From positions 1-43,442 of IMG/VR virus record IMGVR_UViG_3300042988_000536: a stretch of DNA of 43,442 nt; one strand, 5' to 3'. Shown here piece by piece: positions 33,914-41,069 of this stretch. The notes under the pieces are model-generated. The model saw only the letters and a program-made list of their open reading frames with translations, was not told the DNA's origin and did no database searches. A program made the translations under genes and the position numbers. This DNA comes from a virus. Taxonomy: Duplodnaviria; Caudoviricetes. Each line of letters begins with the position of its first letter. The first letter of the stretch is position 1.

Positions 33914-34891
33914 ATGCTGGGCTTCTACGCTCTCGGCTCAGCCCCTCTGGCAGACGACGGTCAGCAGGCTGCAGCGGGAAACGTCACCGTAAACCTCACT
34001 GGGGTAACCGCGACCGGGCAATCCGGATCGGTTGCGGCGAACGGCAAAGCCTCCACCGCGCTGACTGGCGTTTCGGCCGCCGGGCAGGTTGGCTCCGTCG
34101 CAGCGAGCGGCAAAGCGTCAACCACGCTAACGGGCCTGTCCGCGACAGGCCAGTCCGGCAGCGTCACGGCCACAGGCAAGGCGTCCACAACCCTCACCGG
34201 GGTGGCCTCAACGGGCCAGTCCGGTTCTGTCGCGGCTAACGGAAAGGCGTCCACCTCCCTGACTGGCGTCTCCGCCACTGGGCAGGTTGGCATCGTCGAG
34301 GTGACGGGCAAGGCGCTCGTCACGCTGACTGGCGTCTCTGCGACGGGCGAACCCGGCAATGCCTCGGTCCCAATCGCCGTATCCGTCACCCTGACCGGCG
34401 TCTCCGCGACTGGTCAGGTCGGCACTGTCACCGTAAACGTGCCTGTCACTGTAAGCCTGACGGGCGTCTCTGCAACAGGCCAGACCGGCACCGTGGTGGC
34501 GACCGGAAAGGCCAGCGTGACACTGACCGGATCGGCCGCGACTGGCCAGCCGGGCTCGGTGACCGTGACGGGGAAAGCCAGCGTCACCCTGACGGGCGTC
34601 TCGGCGACAGGGCAGTCTGGAGCGGTGACGGCTACCGGAAAGGCGCGGATTACCCTGACCGGGGTAGCCGCAACCGGTCAGGTCGGATCGCTGAACAACG
34701 GCGCAGCTGTCACCGTAAACATCACCGGCGTCTCGGCGACGGGCGAGGTGGGTGTTGTAGAAGTTGGCCTTGTCGGGACTATTTCGGTGTGGACGGGTTT
34801 CTTGTGGCAGAGGTATCCGGTAAAGGTCTGGACGGGATCACAGTGGGTTAGAAAGCCCATTCGCAGCTGGGACGGCACAAATTGGGTATGA
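33914..34891 (+). CDS. Repeat-rich virion/fibre protein
   Basis: 12 copies of about 22-aa LTGVSATGQxGxV repeat; three WxGxxW at C-terminus. Confidence 0.75.
   Translation: MLGFYALGSAPLADDGQQAAAGNVTVNLTGVTATGQSGSVAANGKASTALTGVSAAGQVGSVAASGKASTTLTGLSATGQSGSVTATGKASTTLTGVASTGQSGSVAANGKASTSLTGVSATGQVGIVEVTGKALVTLTGVSATGEPGNASVPIAVSVTLTGVSATGQVGTVTVNVPVTVSLTGVSATGQTGTVVATGKASVTLTGSAATGQPGSVTVTGKASVTLTGVSATGQSGAVTATGKARITLTGVAATGQVGSLNNGAAVTVNITGVSATGEVGVVEVGLVGTISVWTGFLWQRYPVKVWTGSQWVRKPIRSWDGTNWV
33995..34755 (+). repeat. Degenerate tandem repeat with about 66-bp period (12 units)
   Basis: Recurrent CTGAC(C/T/G)GGCGTCTC(C/T/G)GC(G/A)AC(T/G/A)GG(C/G/T)CAG. Confidence 0.8.
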
Positions 34892-34978
34892 CATACGCCA
34901 AACGGCCAGATGACACGCCTATAGCGGTAGTGTATCTTGCAGGAGACTGCTGGAAATCCGAGGATTGGGTCGGGTGCA

Positions 34979-35254
34979 ATGACTGAAGAGCGACTGACCC
35001 GTATCGAGGACAAGCTGGACAAGATGTCGGAAGCGATAACGACCTTGGCCCGAATGGAAGAGCGGATGATCACGCTCTTCAAGCGCATGGACAAGTACGA
35101 CGTTGAGCAGTCAAAGCTCGCGGAACGCATCTCCTCCATTGAGAAGGTGACAATCCAGAGGGGTGTGGTATATCACTTCGTCGACAAAGGCTTCTGGGTG
35201 GCGCTGGGCGGATTGGTTGCTTGGCTCGTGAAATCCACAGGGGGGATAAATTGA
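34979..35254 (+). CDS. Holin/XhlA-like membrane protein
   Basis: Coiled coil plus C-terminal TM segment; directly before endolysin. Confidence 0.55.
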   Translation: MTEERLTRIEDKLDKMSEAITTLARMEERMITLFKRMDKYDVEQSKLAERISSIEKVTIQRGVVYHFVDKGFWVALGGLVAWLVKSTGGIN

Positions 35255-35880
35255 GACATTACCAGAACTGGAAGGACGTCAAGCCGGAAGAGTGGCGCTG
35301 GAAGAACTTCACGCCTCGCGAAATCGCCTGCAAAGGCACCGGTCAGCTGATGGTCGACGAGACCGCTCTCGACAAGCTGCAGGAACTTCGGGACGCACTG
35401 GGCGTTCCTCTGATCATCGTTTCTGCATACCGAAGCCCGGAGCACAACAAGGCCGTCGGCGGCGCGCAGAACAGCTATCACATGAAGGGCTGTGCCTTCG
35501 ACGTGTCCATGGCCAACCAAGACCCCGACGTGTTCGAGATCGCCGCTCGCGAGGTCGGCTTCCGGGGCTTTGGCTACTATGCCAAGCAGGGCTTCCTGCA
35601 CATCGATCTCGGCCCGGCCCGGACGTGGGGGGCGCGCTTCCCCCGTTCGGCGACCCGCGTGGCGGCGGAGCCCCCGAAGCGCGAAAGCGTTTCCCAGTCG
35701 ACGACCGTGCGTGCGACCGCTGTCGACGTGGCTGCAAAGGGCGGCGCGGCCGTGGCGGCCCTGTCTGCGCTTGACGGGAAGGCTCAGATCATCGTGGCCT
35801 GCCTTATCGCGGTGGCGATGCTCGCCTCTGCGGTCATCTTCCGCGAGAGGATCAAAGCATGGGCGGATGGCTGGCGCTGA
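35251..35880 (+). CDS. Endolysin, peptidase M15 family, with C-terminal hydrophobic segments
   Basis: NFTPREIACK, SAYRSPEHN, SYHMKGCAFD, FLHIDLG; TTG start. Confidence 0.85.
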   Translation: MRHYQNWKDVKPEEWRWKNFTPREIACKGTGQLMVDETALDKLQELRDALGVPLIIVSAYRSPEHNKAVGGAQNSYHMKGCAFDVSMANQDPDVFEIAAREVGFRGFGYYAKQGFLHIDLGPARTWGARFPRSATRVAAEPPKRESVSQSTTVRATAVDVAAKGGAAVAALSALDGKAQIIVACLIAVAMLASAVIFRERIKAWADGWR

Positions 35881-36110
35881 TCACCCAGAACTGGGCGACG
35901 GTGACGAAGTTTGTCGCCGTCGTCGTCTTCGGCCTCCTGAGGCTGCTTCTGGGGTGGAAGTCCAGATCGCTTGATCACGCCCGCGACGAGCGGGACGATC
36001 TGGCGTCATACAAGAAAACCAGAGAGGTGATCGACGATGCGACCGCTGGCACTGATCCTGACGATGCTCGCAGCTGGCTGCGGGACCGTGGCAACAAGGA
36101 CGCCCCCTAG
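35859..36110 (+). CDS. Inner-membrane spanin (Rz-like)
   Basis: N-terminal TM; follows endolysin; overlapped by lipoprotein ORF. Confidence 0.6.
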   Translation: MGGWLALITQNWATVTKFVAVVVFGLLRLLLGWKSRSLDHARDERDDLASYKKTREVIDDATAGTDPDDARSWLRDRGNKDAP

Positions 36111-36249
36111 CAGCGAGGCCATATGCCGTGGCACGGCAGATGCGAGGAAGGACCATGCGGCGCGGCTGGCGGAGGATGGCGGTGACGCTTCCGTGGTTTC
36201 GGGCGCGAAGCTGATCTCGCAGATCGACGCGGCCTGCGCTATGATGTAG
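36037..36249 (+). CDS. Outer-membrane spanin lipoprotein (Rz1-like)
   Basis: Signal peptide with lipobox LAAGC; overlapping frame. Confidence 0.65.
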   Translation: MRPLALILTMLAAGCGTVATRTPPSSEAICRGTADARKDHAARLAEDGGDASVVSGAKLISQIDAACAMM

Positions 36250-36277
36250 CATCACCCCCAGACCAAGAGGTGACGCT

Positions 36278-37027
36278 GTGGCGGGATTGACCTATACCAC
36301 CTACCTGACCCAGATCGCCGAGATGGCGGTTGTGGCTCCGGACGACGTGAATTTTCTGGCCATTGTACCGGCCATGATCGACTACGCCGAGCTCCGCATC
36401 TACCGCGATCTCGACCTGATGAACACGTCGACTTCCATCCACGGATCAGCGATCAAGCTCACGGCTGGAAACCGGAACCTGACATTCCCCATGACGCTTC
36501 CGGACGGCTCCGGCTCTATCGTTGTCACCGAGCAGCTGAACCTGATTTCTCCCTCCGGTGAGACAAACCCCGACAGCCCGACCGCCACCCGCATCCCGCT
36601 CTTGCCGACGACCAAGGAGTTCTTGGACGCCGTCTATGGGTCGAACGCTGCGGCCGCGCGCGGTCAGCCCAAGTACTTCTCGATCTTCAACGAAAACTTG
36701 TTCTTTGTCGGCCCGGTACCGGCGACCGATTACTATGTCGAGGTGGTGGGGACGTACCGGCCGAACGCCATGTCTGCCACCAACCAGACCACGTTCATCA
36801 GCCAATACTTTCCTGACATGCTGATCATGGCCTCCATGATCTACATCTCGGCCTACCAGCGGAACTTCGGCCGTCAGTCCGACGATCCGCAGATGGCGCA
36901 GTCCTATGAGGGCCAATACCAGACCCTGCTGAAGTCCGCAGAGGTCGAGGAGAACCGAAAGAAGTTCCAAGGGCCGGCGTGGTCATCTCAGTCGCCGTCG
37001 CCTATCGCCACGCCGACGCGGGGGTAA
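36278..37027 (+). CDS. Tail tubular/adaptor-like structural protein
   Basis: LTYTTY...IDYAELRIYRDL...GQPKYF...VGPVP; GTG start. Confidence 0.7.
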   Translation: MAGLTYTTYLTQIAEMAVVAPDDVNFLAIVPAMIDYAELRIYRDLDLMNTSTSIHGSAIKLTAGNRNLTFPMTLPDGSGSIVVTEQLNLISPSGETNPDSPTATRIPLLPTTKEFLDAVYGSNAAAARGQPKYFSIFNENLFFVGPVPATDYYVEVVGTYRPNAMSATNQTTFISQYFPDMLIMASMIYISAYQRNFGRQSDDPQMAQSYEGQYQTLLKSAEVEENRKKFQGPAWSSQSPSPIATPTRG

Positions 37028-37030
37028 GAG

Positions 37031-39322
37031 ATGCCGCACGCATCACTGAAGCTGATCCCCGGCGTCGACCAAAACCGGACCCCGGCTCTCAATGAGGCGG
37101 CGATCTCCGAGAGCAACCTGATCCGCTTTGTGCCGGATCGGCAAGGCATCGCCCTGCCGCAGAAGATCGGCGGGTGGACCCGCTACCTCAACCAGCCCAT
37201 GACCGCCGTCGTGCGTGCGCTCTGGGCGTGGGCTGACACGAACGACAACCGGTACCTTGCCGTCGGAAGCCAGCGCGGCGTCTTCACTATCGAGGGCGCT
37301 ACCCTTGGGAGCCGCGAGCTCTCCGACCGTTCGCCCCAGTTCTATGACGCAAATCCGGCCATGTCGTTCAACTCGATTTCCGGGCAGAACCGGATCGAGA
37401 TCGACGATACCGGGTCGAACATCTCAAGCTACGACAGCATCTTCCTGTCCACCCACGTCGCCATTGGCGGCGTTGTCCTCTTCGGCTTTTACAGCTGTGA
37501 GGCATCCACCATCGACCGGTATGCCGTCTTCGCGAAGAACGTGATCGGCCTGCCGACCCCGGCAACCTCCACGGTGTCGGCCGGCGGGGCCACCGCCAGC
37601 TTCACGACCGTCAACGGGTCTCCCTCGGTCACCGTCACGCTGCCGAACCATGGGTACACCGTGGGATCGACGTTTCCCCTTCTGGTTCCCGTGACCGTCG
37701 GGGGCGTCACGCTCTTCGGAAACTACATCGTACGAAGCGTTGGCTCCGCTAGTGCCTTCGTCATCTTCTCCGAGAACAGCGCCACGAGCGCCGCAACCGT
37801 CAGCGCCAACGATGGCCGCCCGAAGATCACCTACTACATCGGCCAGAGCGCCCCGCCACCGCCGACCGGCTTCGGTGTCGGCCTGTTCGGCGCTGGTGGT
37901 TTCGGTACGGGCGCAATCGCGGGTGGCGCGAGGACATTCGCGACCACGAATGCGACCACGGTTGGAACGGTCGCGACGGTGTCATTCTCTGGTCGCTATT
38001 CCATCCCGGTCGGATCGGCGATTACGGTCTCCGGCGTCACCCCTTCCGGCTACAACGGATCGTGGATCGTCACGGCCTCGACGGTTGGGGCCACATCCAC
38101 GGTTTCGTTCACTGTCCCGTCCGCACTTGGCGCTCAGACGGTCGCGGGAACGCTTGCGGTCAACTTCTACAGCTTCACGGGGTCAGAAGACTGGACGCTG
38201 GACAACTGGGGTGAATACCTCATCGCGAACTCCAGCGGCGGCCCGATCTTCGCGTGGAGCCCGACGGAAAGCGGATCGTACAGCAACATCATCCCGAACT
38301 CCCCCATCGCCAACGAGGGGTGCTTCGTTGCGATGCCGGAGCGTCAGATCATCGCGTACGGGTCGACCTTCACCGGCATCCCAGACCCCCTCCTTGTCCG
38401 CTGGTGCGACATCGGGAACTTCTCGACGTGGGTCGGCACGGTGTCCAATCAGGCTGGGTCTTTCCGCATCCCAAAGGGGTCTCGGATCGTCGGCGGCATT
38501 CAAGGGCCGCAGCAGGGCTTGCTATGGACAGACGTCGCCCTCTGGTCGATGCAGTACATCAACCAGCCCTATATCTGGTCCTTCAACGAGATCGGCACCG
38601 GCTGCGGCCTGATCGGGAAGCGCGCCGCCGCATCCCTGAATGGCGCGGTCTACTGGATGTCCCAGAGCCAGTTCTTCACGCTGGCCGGCGGCATCCAGAC
38701 CATCCCCTGCCCGGTCTGGGACGTTGCGTTCCAAGACATCGACATGGACTACGTCAGCAACATCCGGTGCGCCACAAATGCGCGCTTCGGCGAGGTGGCG
38801 TGGTTCTTCCCGACCATCGGGTCGGGTGGCGTCCCCAACAGGTACGTCAAGCTCAACACCCAGATCGGGCAGTGGGACTACGGCACCCTGACCCGGACAG
38901 CTTGGATCGATCAGTCGGTTCTTGGAGCACCCATCGGCGCTGGCCCCAGCAACCTGATCTTCCAGCACGAAACCTCGACCGACGGAGACGGGCAGGCGAT
39001 CAACTCCTACATCCAGACAGGCTGGTTTGCCCTTGATGAGGGGGACGTGAAGACCTTCGTCGACCAGTTCTGGCCCGATATGAAGTGGGGCTACTACGAC
39101 GGCGCGCAGAACGCGACCGTCAAGATCACCCTCTACGTTGCGGACTATCCGGGCCAGACGCCGAGGGTCCACGGTCCTTACACGGTGACCAAGGACACGA
39201 CATTTTTCACGCCCCGCCTGAGGGGTCGCCTTGTCTCGATCCGCGTCGAGAGCGATGACGTCGGCAGCTTCTGGAGACTTGGAAACATGCGATACCGCCT
39301 TCAGCCCGATGGGAAGTTCTGA
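37031..39322 (+). CDS. Tail hub/nozzle (P22 gp10-like head-closure) protein
   Basis: 763 aa, beta-propeller-like; LVRWCD, GCGLIG, VYWMS, WRLGNMRY...PDG end. Confidence 0.7.
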   Translation: MPHASLKLIPGVDQNRTPALNEAAISESNLIRFVPDRQGIALPQKIGGWTRYLNQPMTAVVRALWAWADTNDNRYLAVGSQRGVFTIEGATLGSRELSDRSPQFYDANPAMSFNSISGQNRIEIDDTGSNISSYDSIFLSTHVAIGGVVLFGFYSCEASTIDRYAVFAKNVIGLPTPATSTVSAGGATASFTTVNGSPSVTVTLPNHGYTVGSTFPLLVPVTVGGVTLFGNYIVRSVGSASAFVIFSENSATSAATVSANDGRPKITYYIGQSAPPPPTGFGVGLFGAGGFGTGAIAGGARTFATTNATTVGTVATVSFSGRYSIPVGSAITVSGVTPSGYNGSWIVTASTVGATSTVSFTVPSALGAQTVAGTLAVNFYSFTGSEDWTLDNWGEYLIANSSGGPIFAWSPTESGSYSNIIPNSPIANEGCFVAMPERQIIAYGSTFTGIPDPLLVRWCDIGNFSTWVGTVSNQAGSFRIPKGSRIVGGIQGPQQGLLWTDVALWSMQYINQPYIWSFNEIGTGCGLIGKRAAASLNGAVYWMSQSQFFTLAGGIQTIPCPVWDVAFQDIDMDYVSNIRCATNARFGEVAWFFPTIGSGGVPNRYVKLNTQIGQWDYGTLTRTAWIDQSVLGAPIGAGPSNLIFQHETSTDGDGQAINSYIQTGWFALDEGDVKTFVDQFWPDMKWGYYDGAQNATVKITLYVADYPGQTPRVHGPYTVTKDTTFFTPRLRGRLVSIRVESDDVGSFWRLGNMRYRLQPDGKF

Positions 39323-39672
39323 TGTCCTCTCTCTCTGACATCCTGACCGCCGCCAAGAACATCGTGACGGCCGTCAACCAGATCGGCCAGACGTACCTCA
39401 AGGTGCAAGGCACGGCGCGATCCGCCACGATCACATCTGCGACCTTGGTCTCGATGGGTCAGGGCCGACTGGCCTCGATCAGCGTAATCACGTCAAGCGG
39501 CTCCGTGAACGGTATGATCTACGACAGCAACTCGACGTCATCCCTGACTGATGCTCTTGCCGTCATCCAGCACCCGGTCGGGGTTTACCAGATGAACCTG
39601 CCGTACGACAACGGCCTCGTCGTCGTGCCGGGGTCGGGGATGACGGTCGTTGTCACCTATTCGGAGGGCTGA
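39322..39672 (+). CDS. Virion structural protein
   Basis: TGATG coupling; beta-rich. Confidence 0.7.
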   Translation: MSSLSDILTAAKNIVTAVNQIGQTYLKVQGTARSATITSATLVSMGQGRLASISVITSSGSVNGMIYDSNSTSSLTDALAVIQHPVGVYQMNLPYDNGLVVVPGSGMTVVVTYSEG

Positions 39673-39676
39673 CGCC

Positions 39677-40570
39677 ATGGCTGAGGACGTTATCGAGACT
39701 GCTCTGCGCGCGGCGCGGGGCGGCAAGAAGAAGACCAAGACGCACCGGGGGCCGATCCACTCGACCGTCGCCGGTCGCACGGACCACCTGCCGATGCACG
39801 TCGCCTCTGGCTCCTACGTCATCCCCGCAGACATCATCTCCGCGATGGGCGAGGGGAACTCCATGGCTGGCTTCAAGGTCGCGAAGTCAATCTTCTCCAT
39901 CCCCGGACCCTATGGTCAGGGGGACGGCCTGCCGTACGGCGGCGGGGAGATGCCTTACGACCAGCCGTCGCCTAGGAAAAGAGCGAGCGGCGGCAGCACC
40001 CCGTCTGGCGGGAACCCTAAGGCCAGCGCCGCCATAGCCGCTGGAAACCAGCAGGTGGCCGCCAACAGGGCGGCCTCGGCCATGTACGCGCAGCAGGCCA
40101 ATGCGCGCGACGGGAGCCCCATTCCGTCGCACCTGCGCGGGTACGGCGGGGGGCAGGGCGGAGGCTCCGGGCCGTCGGTGCCGAGAGGCGGCACGGGCAG
40201 TTTTGGCCTACCCAATCCGGCTGGTGGCAGCATCTCCAGCGTCTTTGGTGTCCGTGGTCCTGCAGACTTCATCGACGGGGGCGGCCTCGGCGCATCTGGC
40301 GACAAGTTTCACGGCGGCCTGATCTCAGGTGCGATGAACCTTCTGGGAGTGACGCCCTACGCCCGATCCACCGGCGGCCGGGCTGAGGATCATGATGCTG
40401 TCCCTATCGTCGCGGCGGGCGGTGAGTACGTCATAGCGCCGGATGAGGTCGCTCATATTGGTGGCGGATCGCTCGATGACGGCCACAAAATCCTTGATGC
40501 CTTCGTGAAAAAGATGCGAAAAAAGACCATCAGAACCCTGCAATCACTGCCGGGGCCAAAGAAGGATTAG
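39677..40570 (+). CDS. Protein with duplicated D-x-[LV]-P...G-[SE]-YVI domain and xxxGG motifs
   Basis: GRTDHLPMHVASGSYVIPADII and HDAVPIVAAGGEYVIAPDEV; RASGG, RSTGG. Confidence 0.75.
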   Translation: MAEDVIETALRAARGGKKKTKTHRGPIHSTVAGRTDHLPMHVASGSYVIPADIISAMGEGNSMAGFKVAKSIFSIPGPYGQGDGLPYGGGEMPYDQPSPRKRASGGSTPSGGNPKASAAIAAGNQQVAANRAASAMYAQQANARDGSPIPSHLRGYGGGQGGGSGPSVPRGGTGSFGLPNPAGGSISSVFGVRGPADFIDGGGLGASGDKFHGGLISGAMNLLGVTPYARSTGGRAEDHDAVPIVAAGGEYVIAPDEVAHIGGGSLDDGHKILDAFVKKMRKKTIRTLQSLPGPKKD

Positions 40571-40574
40571 ACTG

Positions 40575-41069
40575 ATGGATGACGTGGTTGTTCGCATCGC
40601 TGTGGAGGAAGACTTCAACGGCCTCATGGACTTGTGTCTGTCCGCATGCGGCGAAAACGCCATGACAAAGCCCGACGTCGACAAGCTGGCCGTCGCGGTC
40701 TGGGGTGCTCTGATTAGGAAGACCGGCATCTGTGGCGTCATCGGCCACCTCGGTCAAAAACTGGAGGGAGGGGTGCTTCTGTCCATTGGGGAACTGTGGT
40801 ACAGCAAGGAACTGATCCTTGAGGAGAAGGCGATCTTCGTGGAACCCCAGTACCGCTCAGCGAAAGGTGGCAGGGCTCGCAAGCTGGCCGAGTTCGCGAA
40901 GGCCACTGCTGACAACCTGCAAATCCCGCTTGCTATCGGGGTTCTCTCGACAAATCGTACGGAAGCAAAAATTCGTCTCTATGAGCGTGTATTCGGCGCG
41001 CCAGCTGGTGTATATTTCCTCTACGGTGCAAAAACTGGCCTTTCTGAAGGCGCAGACGGAGGCTCCTGA
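40575..41069 (+). CDS. GNAT-family acetyltransferase-like protein
   Basis: VRIAVEEDF, IFVEPQYRS, RLYERVFG. Confidence 0.7.
   Translation: MDDVVVRIAVEEDFNGLMDLCLSACGENAMTKPDVDKLAVAVWGALIRKTGICGVIGHLGQKLEGGVLLSIGELWYSKELILEEKAIFVEPQYRSAKGGRARKLAEFAKATADNLQIPLAIGVLSTNRTEAKIRLYERVFGAPAGVYFLYGAKTGLSEGADGGS

Noticed and set aside
33995-34755. Regular repeats as a possible CRISPR array or DGR template
   Set aside because: Repeats are in-frame, degenerate at third codon positions and lack unique spacers; no cas or reverse transcriptase gene in the window.
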